A stretch of DNA of 64,000 bases from an uncultured Gammaproteobacteria bacterium. Its GTDB lineage: Bacteria > Patescibacteriota > Microgenomatia > Levybacterales > UBA12049. Of the stretch, positions 31,009 through 40,321 are shown piece after piece. The stretch covers positions 234,972 through 298,971 of the forward strand of contig CAZCCG010000002.1 of assembly GCA_964497535.1 (NCBI GenBank). Direction: 5' to 3'. Below the pieces are notes generated by a model. It was not told the DNA's origin. It was given only the letters and a program-made list of their open reading frames with translations, and searched no databases. A program made the translations under genes and the position numbers. Within the stretch, counting starts at the first letter, position 1. Every line of letters starts with the position of its first letter.

Positions 31009-32688
31009 TTGAAAATTATGAGAAGGTCGATTATTGTTGTTCTATTAATTACCATTACCCTTCTAGCGGCACTTCTCAGATTCCCCGCTCTGGATAAAAT
31101 TCCTTCAGGATTTGCGATTGACGAAGCTGCTTTTGGCTATAATGCCTATTCGATCTTAAAAACAGGCAGAGATGAATATGGAATACCATTCCCTCTCAAT
31201 CTAAAATCATTCGGAGATTACAAAGCTGCCGGCTATGCTTATTTTGCGATTCCGGCAATTGCGATTTTTGGCCTTAGTGAATTTACAACTCGTCTTCCCT
31301 CAGCAATCTTTGGAACGCTCTTTGTATGGGTAGTTTATTTCCTTACTAAAAAACTGACCAAAGATATAAAGATATCCCTGATTGCTGCTGCTCTTACAGC
31401 AATCTGTCCTTCTCTTATTTTTCTCTCACGGATTCAAAGTGACCCACTGGTATCAGCATTTTTTGTGGTGCTAGGCATTTATTTACTATTACTATGGAAG
31501 GACAATAAGAACATATTTTTCTTTCTGCTATCTTTCTTCTCTTTTTTGATAAGTATGCTTACCTATCAGTCACCTCGAATTTTTGTTCCGCTTTTTCTTG
31601 TGGCATTTTTCTTGGTTTATCGGACATCGCTCTCAAAAAAACAGGTACTTTTCTCTCTGGGTGGATTTATAGGCTTAGGAATACTCATAGCCTTTCTTAT
31701 GTTCTCCGGCGGAGCACGGTATAAGCAAGTCAGCGTATTTTCTCAACCTGAGATCCGTTTGGTGCTTGAAGAAGAACTTCGGGAAGATGCAACCACCAAA
31801 CCGATTATTACACGCCTGTTCCATAATAAACCGATTGAATATGGAAGATATCTTGTTGAGAACTTTTTCAGGCATCTAGATTTTGACTTTCTTTTTTATC
31901 AAGCAAATTCCCCCATCCGGGAACGTGTTCCCAATACTGGAGTACTATATCTTATCGATTTACCTTTTCTAATATATGGTGCTTATTTAATACTTCATAA
32001 AAAGGTACGATGGGGATATATCCTTTTGGTATGGATTTTGCTACAAGCATTTTCCCTGTCTTTCACCTTTGACGAATCACCCAACATCCATCGTTTTATA
32101 GCGGCAACCATTCCTCTTGAAATAATTATAGCTTTTGGTATTACCCGATTTCTTCAGAATTTCAAAAAAAGGCCATTTCTCCATATGGGACTCCTGGTTC
32201 TTATTCCCTTTCTCTATTTCTATAGCGTTATTTATTATTTCCATGAGCTCATCGTACACCAACCGGTTCATCAACCATGGTTTAGAAATTCTGCCTATAA
32301 AGAGATGGTTACAGAAATCAATGAAAAATACGATACATCCAAAAAATTTATTATCACCAATACGGAATCAAATCCCTATATGTTTATATTGTTCTACAAT
32401 AAATATGATCCAAGAAAGTATCAAGAGTCCGGCTCTAATGGTAACGAAAACTACAAAGGTTTTGATAAATATGTTTTTGTCCCTCTGAATTGTCCGCTCT
32501 ATAGTGGTAATTCTATAGACCCAGCCACGGGAGATCCGGAAATAGTGTATATCGAACGAGGAAATTGTAATAATCCTCCAAATGTGAAAATTACCTATCT
32601 TAGATGGGGAGATAAATCATCAGCCTTTAAAATGATGAAACTTATTCCAACAGCACCACAACCAACCACTTCAACCAACCAAGAATAA
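31009..32688 (+). CDS. GT39/PMT-like GT-C glycosyltransferase, paralog 4 (plus strand).
   Basis: FAIDEAAFGYNAYSILKTGRDEYGIPFPLNLKSFGDYKAAGYAY...FTTRLPSAIFGTL. 559 aa. Confidence 0.8.
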   Translation: MKIMRRSIIVVLLITITLLAALLRFPALDKIPSGFAIDEAAFGYNAYSILKTGRDEYGIPFPLNLKSFGDYKAAGYAYFAIPAIAIFGLSEFTTRLPSAIFGTLFVWVVYFLTKKLTKDIKISLIAAALTAICPSLIFLSRIQSDPLVSAFFVVLGIYLLLLWKDNKNIFFFLLSFFSFLISMLTYQSPRIFVPLFLVAFFLVYRTSLSKKQVLFSLGGFIGLGILIAFLMFSGGARYKQVSVFSQPEIRLVLEEELREDATTKPIITRLFHNKPIEYGRYLVENFFRHLDFDFLFYQANSPIRERVPNTGVLYLIDLPFLIYGAYLILHKKVRWGYILLVWILLQAFSLSFTFDESPNIHRFIAATIPLEIIIAFGITRFLQNFKKRPFLHMGLLVLIPFLYFYSVIYYFHELIVHQPVHQPWFRNSAYKEMVTEINEKYDTSKKFIITNTESNPYMFILFYNKYDPRKYQESGSNGNENYKGFDKYVFVPLNCPLYSGNSIDPATGDPEIVYIERGNCNNPPNVKITYLRWGDKSSAFKMMKLIPTAPQPTTSTNQE

Positions 32689-34182
32689 TTATCGTACCAT
32701 CAGGTGTCTTACTTCCAGGATTCCATAGGAAAAGGATGACGTTGTTTTTCCCCACCTACTAACTGTTTTTTCAAGCCATTCTTTTTGATATAAAGGACTA
32801 CTGGTATCTTTTTGAATAATAACAAAGAGCATATTTGCTCCCTGGACAGGGGTCTTTTTATGATCCTCCGTTGCGGTATGCCAGAATAAATATTCCCAAG
32901 CCTGCTGTGACCAATAAGGAATTGTATAGGACTGTATATCAAATGGTTTTCCATTAGACTCTGCAAAGATTCTTTTTATTACAAATTGTTGATCCCGATA
33001 ATATAAATCAGGTTGAGCAGCTTGAAATGTTACGTGTCGGTTCGTCAGTATACTGCTTTTCCAAAATAGAACTTGTGATAACAATAGAAAAGATAAAATA
33101 AGATATCCCAATACATAATTTCTACCGATAAGATATGAAATAAAGTATGCAATAAGTACTATATATGCACCCGCTGACATCAGAAATAAATGTTCAAGTG
33201 AATCATGTCTCAAACCGATCAAAACTAAAAGGGGCGTAAATAGCCATAAATAGAGAAGCACTCCTTTATCCGTTTTTTTGTATTTTCTTATAAAAATCAC
33301 CAGACTTAACACCAACAAGATAAATGCTATTACAAAACTATTTGGATATACAAAATAAGACCATATCACAAAAAACGTCTCCAGTGCTTTCATAGCTGCC
33401 TGAGGGTAAGATAAATAAAATCCTGACTTACCACCTGCTAGTGCCAATAAACTATTTGTAATAAGCCATTGATGACGAAGATCAAACAAAAGAAAATTCA
33501 TTACAGAAGAAATAAGAGCAATAGCAACAGAACTTAGAAGAATTAATTTTGGCGTTGATAACAACCGTTGCCGATAGATAATTATAAGGAGCAAAATAAA
33601 TCCTCCATAAAAAAGAAAGTTAATAAATTCTGCTTGGCCAAGCATTCCAAAGGTTATAGCAACCAGTAATAAGTATTTTTTATTGCCTTGTAAAAATCGC
33701 CAGGTAAATAATGCAAAGAGAATCCCAAGAGGCATGGATAACGGAGGATTGGATAACCATCTGGCGTATACAATGGCACCCCAGGAAAAGGAGAATAAGA
33801 CCGCGGCAAGTATCCCAACGGTTTTACCAAACATCTCTTTTCCCAAAAAGTATAAAGCAATTAAAGAAAGTGATTGAATTGCTATAAAAAAGGCTGAAAC
33901 AACCAATGGGTCTCCCCTACTGATCAAAAATGGTATAGCTGCAACATAGTAAAATAACGGTCCGTGAAATACTCCTTCGATATCGGTTTTAGAACCGATA
34001 AGAGTCATCTTGTGATTTTGAACAATGTCTCGGATAACCAGAAAATCCCTTCCTTGCTCAGGACCAAAAAAAAGATTTGAAGGCATCACATAAAATCTTA
34101 GAAAAAAAGCCAGGATAACAAAAATCCCAAGTAAAACTGCTGCAGGTAAAATAAGCGTTCTCTTTTTTAATTTTTCATTCAT
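32689..34182 (-). CDS. 'Family B' polytopic membrane protein, paralog 3.
   Basis: 497 aa. FFGPEQGRDFLVIRDIVQNHKMTLIGSKTDIEGVFHGPLFYY. Its stop codon directly abuts the stop of the convergent GT39 paralog 4. Confidence 0.6.
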   Translation of the reverse strand: MNEKLKKRTLILPAAVLLGIFVILAFFLRFYVMPSNLFFGPEQGRDFLVIRDIVQNHKMTLIGSKTDIEGVFHGPLFYYVAAIPFLISRGDPLVVSAFFIAIQSLSLIALYFLGKEMFGKTVGILAAVLFSFSWGAIVYARWLSNPPLSMPLGILFALFTWRFLQGNKKYLLLVAITFGMLGQAEFINFLFYGGFILLLIIIYRQRLLSTPKLILLSSVAIALISSVMNFLLFDLRHQWLITNSLLALAGGKSGFYLSYPQAAMKALETFFVIWSYFVYPNSFVIAFILLVLSLVIFIRKYKKTDKGVLLYLWLFTPLLVLIGLRHDSLEHLFLMSAGAYIVLIAYFISYLIGRNYVLGYLILSFLLLSQVLFWKSSILTNRHVTFQAAQPDLYYRDQQFVIKRIFAESNGKPFDIQSYTIPYWSQQAWEYLFWHTATEDHKKTPVQGANMLFVIIQKDTSSPLYQKEWLEKTVSRWGKTTSSFSYGILEVRHLMVR

Positions 34183-34183
34183 A

Positions 34184-34906
34184 TTATGAGAAACGCAAAG
34201 TTAAAATTGTTTTCAGGGAATCAATACCATCCCGAACAGTATGCAGTTTTTTCCCTTCTGCATGATCCCGAGGTATAGTTCTAATAGGTAATTCGACTAT
34301 TTTATATCCTTTTTTTATCAGCTTTATTGTTATCTCAGGGTCGGTACTGAATCCATTTGCCGCAAGCTTTTCGTTTTTAAATACAATGGTCGGGAAAATC
34401 TTATAACAAGTATTCATATCTGTTATCCATTGTCCGTACAGCATACTTGTAATAAGACTCAATGCTCTATTTCCAAAATAATGCAGGAAAAAGAGTGGTT
34501 TTTTTTCATCTTTTGACAAATTCGGAAGGCGATTTAAACGAGTACCATATACTACGTATGCGGTACCATCTTTTATTGGTTTCAAAAGAATTGGTAAATA
34601 AGAAGGACTATATTCCAAATCAGCATCTTGTATTACACAATAATCACCGGTAGCATTTTCAATTGCCGTACGAAGAGCAGCCCCTTTTCCTTGGTTTTTT
34701 TTATGCTGAATAAATGTAATATGTGATTTATCCTTAGATGTTTTGAGATAGGATAAAATCTTTTCAGCCGTAGCATCTGTTGAACCATCATCTACCAAAA
34801 CGGTTTCTTTCTCAAATCCAGGCAACTTTACTTCAGATACTCTTTTGATAACTTCAATGACAGTTTTTTCCTCATTAAAAACCGGTATAAGAATTGATAA
34901 TTTCAT
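34184..34906 (-). CDS. GT2 polyprenyl-phosphate glycosyltransferase-like (GtrB/ArnC/CsbB type).
   Basis: KLSILIPVFNEEKTVIEVIKRV...VLVDDGSTDATAEKI. 240 aa. Confidence 0.85.
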   Translation of the reverse strand: MKLSILIPVFNEEKTVIEVIKRVSEVKLPGFEKETVLVDDGSTDATAEKILSYLKTSKDKSHITFIQHKKNQGKGAALRTAIENATGDYCVIQDADLEYSPSYLPILLKPIKDGTAYVVYGTRLNRLPNLSKDEKKPLFFLHYFGNRALSLITSMLYGQWITDMNTCYKIFPTIVFKNEKLAANGFSTDPEITIKLIKKGYKIVELPIRTIPRDHAEGKKLHTVRDGIDSLKTILTLRFS

Positions 34907-35859
34907 GTTCTAAATTTTTGAATAATTTCCCAGTCAGATCTTTTACGAAGTTTTCGAAATCTGAGATTCCATTTTATACTATTTTTAAGCTTTAGAAAAG
35001 CCTGGCAAAAACCGACAAGAAATGGCATGTTTCGTTGCATTAGTGCTCCCGCCAAATGATAAGGAGCCCAAAGAATATGGGAAAATAGCAAATTCGAATC
35101 GGTTATATTGTTCCATACAAATAAAAATTGGTTTCTATAGGAAATAACCTGTATCTCGTAATTAGAATACCTTATTTTAATTGACCCTTCTTCATGATAA
35201 TGGGTAACAACACTCTCTTTCTCAAAAAGAACAGTATAGCCGGCTTTCCACGCACGATATGAGAGATCAATATCTTCCCAGTAGAATGGGTTATAGAGCT
35301 CATTCATACCCTCTAATTGATCCCAATATATCTTTCTGAAGGCACTACTGCCTCCGCTTGCCCACAACGACTCTTTTTTATCAAGTTTACCGGCCGAGTG
35401 CAATAAAAATCCCCTGTGCCATCGTCCCAACCCCCGTCCCCGTTCAACTACCGTATCTTTTTCTACACTTTTATCCAAGCACCCTACTCCAAAGACCTGT
35501 TGATCTTCAAAGTTTTTCAAAAGAGGTTCCAAAAATCCAATTTTCGGTTGTACATCGGTATTGAGTAACAAAACAAAATCACCGGTTGCTTTTTTTACTC
35601 CGTTATTCACAGTAGTTGAAAACCCGGAATTCTTTTCATTCTTTAAAACATGCAGGGAAGTATTTTTTTTCCTTGCAACAGAGATAAAGTCATGTAAAAT
35701 CTCCAGTGAATTATCGGTTGAAGAATCATCAACTACAATTATTTCTGCTTGGGTTTGGCTTTTTTTTATATATTCGCCCACAACCTCAAGAACAACAGGA
35801 AAGTTTTTCTTCAACAAAAGCTCCCCATTATAATTAGGCATAACGATACTTATTTTCAT
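34903..35859 (-). CDS. Glycosyltransferase family 2.
   Basis: KISIVMPNYNGELLLKKNFPVV...IIVVDDSSTDNSLEIL. 318 aa. Confidence 0.85.
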   Translation of the reverse strand: MKISIVMPNYNGELLLKKNFPVVLEVVGEYIKKSQTQAEIIVVDDSSTDNSLEILHDFISVARKKNTSLHVLKNEKNSGFSTTVNNGVKKATGDFVLLLNTDVQPKIGFLEPLLKNFEDQQVFGVGCLDKSVEKDTVVERGRGLGRWHRGFLLHSAGKLDKKESLWASGGSSAFRKIYWDQLEGMNELYNPFYWEDIDLSYRAWKAGYTVLFEKESVVTHYHEEGSIKIRYSNYEIQVISYRNQFLFVWNNITDSNLLFSHILWAPYHLAGALMQRNMPFLVGFCQAFLKLKNSIKWNLRFRKLRKRSDWEIIQKFRT

Positions 35860-35861
35860 AG

Positions 35862-38165
35862 TTATAAAAGAGAATTACTAAAAACTACCCGGTGCTCCCC
35901 CGCGGGAATGATAACACCTCTGAAGTTATAATCCGCCCGTACAATTGTACCTTGTTTTCCATCAATGAGTACTGACCAAGTCGGATAGTATGTCTCTGTG
36001 AGAACGAGGAAACCTTCATGAGTATTACTTGTTGTAACAACAACTGAATTATCTCTATATGATGAGATATGCGCAGATCCTGGTGTAAAGCTTTTACTAC
36101 TCAGGTTATATTGCTCAACTACTGCTGATTTTTTCGGATCAAAAGAAGAAGACAGTATCGTATTTATAGCAGATTGCTTATCATGAGTAGGTATAACATT
36201 TGTTACAAAAAAAGCCCGTTGCACTACCTGTTTATTTTCATAGATCCGGGTCTGACCTTCCTGAAAAACTTTCACCAGCTTTGGTGACTGTATATCATGA
36301 AGGCTTAAGATATATTTAACTCCAAGCAGATCAATAATGGAAGATTCAAAGTTATGAGGAGTAATAATTCTGTTAAATCCAAATGGCCCTGAAATGTCAG
36401 CTTTTTTCCGCTCCGAAGCAATAATAAGCTCTCCATATCGCTGCAAATATAAAGGGTCGTATCCTTCAACTGACTGCAATTTATACATGAGTTGGAAATT
36501 GGGAGGCAAAATCTGATCATCAACTGCCATAATTCTGTAATTATTAGTATTATGTTGCAAAAATGAGATCGAGCGAGTCGTTGGGAAAAGATATATTCTG
36601 TCAGTAAACGGAGTAAATTTCTGGGCAAAACGGAATAGGTCAAAAATAGTAATGCCAATAATACATGCAATAATAATATTTCGCATATTTTTATTCTTTA
36701 AAAAAAGATTTGCAAACAAAATAATAACCGCTATACCAGAAAGAAGTGTCGGTATATAAAGATTCCGTTTTGCTGTTATTACATTTTCCATCAAAATATC
36801 TACCCCAACTTTTTCTCCAAAGATTATGAAACTCCATAAACCTGCAAAAATAAGCACAAAAAGTAGTAAAACCGGAATAATAGTTTTTTGGCTGGTTTTG
36901 AGATAGTAATCCATTCCAAATGCAGCCAACACGGCTAAGGCAAAATCCACAAGAAAAATCAGCCGTGTAGGTTGAGATGTGGATAACAAAGGAACATGTA
37001 ACAGAAAGGGGATTTGCGCAAAAATAGTCGGGAAAGCAAATAAAAATGCTCCAATAAGGACGAGTCCAAAAAAAAGCGTTTTCTTATCCCGTCTGAAAAA
37101 TAATGCAAAAATAGCAAATAATAAAGGGATGATACCGACATACCCTACGAATTCAGCATAATTCCATACTCCCCAGTAATTACCTGTGGCCGGATTTCCA
37201 AAAAAATCAGGGGCAATAAATTGGATACTATTTTCCCAGGGGATAAACCACCCTGCTTTTTGCCAATCCTGATCTATATTTCGGGCTGAAAGAGAAACAA
37301 GCTGAGCTGAAGGAATCCACTGGACAGCAGTAATAATAGCAAAAAGGAATAAACAAATAATAAAACCAAAGAGTACTTTTGCAGGTGGTTTTAATTGTAT
37401 AAATCGAGCAATTATATATGCCAGGCATACCACAAAAAGATAAAAGAATGTCTGCACGTGCCCCGCCAAGAAGGAACAAACCAATGAAAGTATAAAAACG
37501 AGCGACCAAACTAAGTTTTTCCGGACTCTTATTTGTTTATTTACTATTTGATATTTGATATTTGATATTGCTTTACTTGTTGAAAATATAAACATCTTGT
37601 CTATAGACAAAAGCACCAAAGGAAGCCACAAGGCAACATGCAGAACCGTTCCCCATTCCAACCATGCCACAAAAAATCCACAGAAGCTAAAAGACAAAGC
37701 ACCTAGTATTGATGCCCAGGGATTTAACCTTAAATTTCGCAAATAAAGATAGAGGAATAACCCTGCCAGAATAGGTTGTACAATAATCAAAAGACTCCAA
37801 CCTGCCTGAAAGGGTATGAGAAATAAAATGATATTCAATGGATAGAAGGCTGCCGATTGTCCATTCGCAAGCAAGGGAATTCCCGCCATTGCGTAGGGAT
37901 TCCACAGAGGAAGCTCAAATGCTTTTTGGGCAGTAACACTCACCCATCGCCATGGATACTGCTGACGTACAGGGTCGGTAATAAGAAAGTTTTTAAATGG
38001 AATGCCATTGGGATAGTCTTTTGCATATAAATCCCTGAAAGGATGATATAACCCGATGATTGTATCTGCAGGAATAGGCAATTTATCATGAATAAAAAAT
38101 GGGGCAAAAAATGCCACCACGATTATAATCAGAATGAAGATCGGAAGAAGAACGAGTTTTCTCAT
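35862..38165 (-). CDS. YfhO-family-like large membrane glycosyltransferase (GT-C), 767 aa.
   Basis: N-terminal region GLYHPFRDLYAKDYPNGIPFKNFLITDPVRQQYPWRW...LPLWNPYAMAGIPLLANGQSAAFYPLN matches conserved YfhO N-terminal loop features. At least 13 TM plus C-terminal soluble domain. Confidence 0.6.
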   Translation of the reverse strand: MRKLVLLPIFILIIIVVAFFAPFFIHDKLPIPADTIIGLYHPFRDLYAKDYPNGIPFKNFLITDPVRQQYPWRWVSVTAQKAFELPLWNPYAMAGIPLLANGQSAAFYPLNIILFLIPFQAGWSLLIIVQPILAGLFLYLYLRNLRLNPWASILGALSFSFCGFFVAWLEWGTVLHVALWLPLVLLSIDKMFIFSTSKAISNIKYQIVNKQIRVRKNLVWSLVFILSLVCSFLAGHVQTFFYLFVVCLAYIIARFIQLKPPAKVLFGFIICLFLFAIITAVQWIPSAQLVSLSARNIDQDWQKAGWFIPWENSIQFIAPDFFGNPATGNYWGVWNYAEFVGYVGIIPLLFAIFALFFRRDKKTLFFGLVLIGAFLFAFPTIFAQIPFLLHVPLLSTSQPTRLIFLVDFALAVLAAFGMDYYLKTSQKTIIPVLLLFVLIFAGLWSFIIFGEKVGVDILMENVITAKRNLYIPTLLSGIAVIILFANLFLKNKNMRNIIIACIIGITIFDLFRFAQKFTPFTDRIYLFPTTRSISFLQHNTNNYRIMAVDDQILPPNFQLMYKLQSVEGYDPLYLQRYGELIIASERKKADISGPFGFNRIITPHNFESSIIDLLGVKYILSLHDIQSPKLVKVFQEGQTRIYENKQVVQRAFFVTNVIPTHDKQSAINTILSSSFDPKKSAVVEQYNLSSKSFTPGSAHISSYRDNSVVVTTSNTHEGFLVLTETYYPTWSVLIDGKQGTIVRADYNFRGVIIPAGEHRVVFSNSLL

Positions 38166-39232
38166 GAAATAATAGTATGTATTTTCTCACAAAAATGTTC
38201 TTTATTAAACTCTTGAGCTCGTTTCTTCGCATTTTTACTCAATCGCGTTACAAACTCAGGATTATTCATCAGCTCAGTACTTTTTTGTATCAGCTCTTCC
38301 GGAGTATTCCACACGAAACCACTCACTCCATCCTCAACAATTTCTTTTTGTCCTCCTGCGTTAATAACCACAGGAACTGCGCCGCATATCATTGCCTCCA
38401 CTGTGGATATGCCAAAATGTTCGGCGCGATCAGGATGTTTTTCCAAATCCTGCCCATACCCTGATGCATGCCAATATATTGTAGCTTTTTCATAGTGCTC
38501 CCACAAAACATCTGACCCGGGGTTTACAATAAATTCTATTGGGTACCCGGATGCTTTCTTTTGTAGTTTTGAAAGCGCGTTTCGGTCTTGATCCATAACG
38601 CTGGTAATAAGCACAAACTTCCAGTGTTTGAGTCCCTGTTGCACCATTTCAATATAGGTATCAACCAACATATCCTGCTTTTTATAACTAGACCCTGCCT
38701 GATTAACACCAAAACGGCCAACGTTAAGAATTATATTTTCTTTTTTGAATGGCTTTACATTGCTGGGAATTTCAATGGGAGGATATAACACAAGACTATC
38801 TACCCCAAATGTTTTGTCTATAAATGATTTAGTAAATCTTGAATTGCAAATAAATTTGTTTACTCGAAATAATTTCAGCCTATTTTTAAACGCGGCTCCA
38901 TTCACCCACTGCATTGGAGATTGAAAATGCACATATAATTTAGACGCAACAACAGGAATACTTCCATCACTCAAAATTATAATTGCATCAAATTTACCGG
39001 ATTCAATGACGCGGGATAGTGAACTTACGGATCTGGCAAAAATATTTTTAGTAAATGTTATAGTATCTAAGGAGAAACCAAAGCGGTAAGCTGCACTTTT
39101 TCGTATACTTTGCTCATCATCCCAAAATAGAGAAACGGTATTATTCTGTGAAAGACACATGGCCATGGTAAGCATGTATTTCTCTCCCCCAGCCATGGTA
39201 TCCAAATACGGATCATAAATTCCAATTTTCAC
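38162..39232 (-). CDS. Glycosyltransferase family 4 (GT-B).
   Basis: RAEHFGISTVEAMICGAVPVVINAGGQKEIV E-x7-E region. 356 aa. Confidence 0.85.
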   Translation of the reverse strand: MKIGIYDPYLDTMAGGEKYMLTMAMCLSQNNTVSLFWDDEQSIRKSAAYRFGFSLDTITFTKNIFARSVSSLSRVIESGKFDAIIILSDGSIPVVASKLYVHFQSPMQWVNGAAFKNRLKLFRVNKFICNSRFTKSFIDKTFGVDSLVLYPPIEIPSNVKPFKKENIILNVGRFGVNQAGSSYKKQDMLVDTYIEMVQQGLKHWKFVLITSVMDQDRNALSKLQKKASGYPIEFIVNPGSDVLWEHYEKATIYWHASGYGQDLEKHPDRAEHFGISTVEAMICGAVPVVINAGGQKEIVEDGVSGFVWNTPEELIQKSTELMNNPEFVTRLSKNAKKRAQEFNKEHFCEKIHTIIS

Positions 39233-39291
39233 CTTTTAATTTTACCACAACTATTTAATTTAGTTGACATGAGCCACCTTTTGACCTTTTT

Positions 39292-39546
39292 ATGAAAGCA
39301 TGCTATTCTTTTGATATGGATTATTCCAACCCTTTTGCCCATGTCTCTCCGGTTCTGCTTGTCATACTTTTGACGTGGTCGTATGTATGGAAAGGTCTTG
39401 CACTGTGGCATGCAGTAACAAACAAACAAAAAGTATGGTTCTTGTTTCTCTTAGTTTTAAATACCTTTGGAATTTTGGAGATTACATACCTGTTCTTTTT
39501 CTCAAAAAAGAAGTTCAAATTAGAGACACTAAGACTCCGGAAGTAG
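39292..39546 (+). CDS. Small 2-TM membrane protein (84 aa), conserved-hypothetical type (WKGLALW...NTFGILEI motif, DUF5652-like?).
   Basis: Plus-strand ORF occupying the only gap inside the minus-strand operon. Two hydrophobic helices. Motifs WKGLALWHAV and LNTFGILEITYLFF. Confidence 0.5.
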   Translation: MKACYSFDMDYSNPFAHVSPVLLVILLTWSYVWKGLALWHAVTNKQKVWFLFLLVLNTFGILEITYLFFFSKKKFKLETLRLRK

Positions 39547-39567
39547 AAAAGTTAGCTCAAATTACAT

Positions 39568-40320
39568 TTATTTATCCTTATGTTTTTGCTCCTGCAATTG
39601 CCAGAGTTGTGCATAAGTTATAAAGATACTAAATGCCTGATACATACTTTCAATAAGTCCTACTGTTCCTACGCTATAACCTTTTTGCCGTATATAATAA
39701 TCAAAAAATGTAGGAATCATAACACGGGGAAATCTCCACCAGGTCATTTTAGGATGATTTGCTTTAAAGCGAAGCTCTGCTTCAATCTGAGACCATTGAA
39801 TTGTTTTTTCAACCATCATGGATAAATTTCGCCGTGTATAGTGAGTAAGATATCCTGATAACTGCCCTGCCTGACCTTGAATCGAAGGACTCTCATGTAG
39901 TTTCCCATACCATCCTTTGAGTGAGTCTTTCAGAAACAATCGCTCCATTGATTCCATAACCGGCCACTCGTGATTACCAAAATAAAAATTCTTGCGAAAC
40001 ACTTTGTAAAAATCGAATTCCGTTTTTGGAGAAGCAACAACTGACTGTATTTCTTTTGCAAGATCTGACGATACCCGTTCATCAGCATCAATATAAAAAA
40101 CCCAGTTTCCTTTTGCTTTTAAAAGCCCTGCATCACGCATTTTTGCAAAGCTATCAGTTGTAACTCCCACAACTTTTGCTTTCATACGCTGGGCAATCTC
40201 AATTGTCCGATCAGTTGAACCTGAATCAACTACAATAATTTCATCGCAGAAAGAAAGAGAATCCAAACAATCGGCAATCATTTTTTCTTCATTTTTTGTA
40301 ATAACAATTGCGCTTATCAT
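39568..40320 (-). CDS. Glycosyltransferase family 2 (paralog of 23884-24645).
   Basis: ISAIVITKNEEKMIADCLDSL...IIVVDSGSTDRTIEIA...DADERVSSDLAKEI. Confidence 0.85.
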   Translation of the reverse strand: MISAIVITKNEEKMIADCLDSLSFCDEIIVVDSGSTDRTIEIAQRMKAKVVGVTTDSFAKMRDAGLLKAKGNWVFYIDADERVSSDLAKEIQSVVASPKTEFDFYKVFRKNFYFGNHEWPVMESMERLFLKDSLKGWYGKLHESPSIQGQAGQLSGYLTHYTRRNLSMMVEKTIQWSQIEAELRFKANHPKMTWWRFPRVMIPTFFDYYIRQKGYSVGTVGLIESMYQAFSIFITYAQLWQLQEQKHKDK

Positions 40321-40321
40321 A

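Noticed and set aside
37521-37545. TTTGATA x3 tandem heptamer
   Set aside because: Sits inside the YfhO-like coding sequence and encodes an ordinary peptide segment. It is a short AT-rich simple repeat, expected by chance in about 31% G+C DNA.
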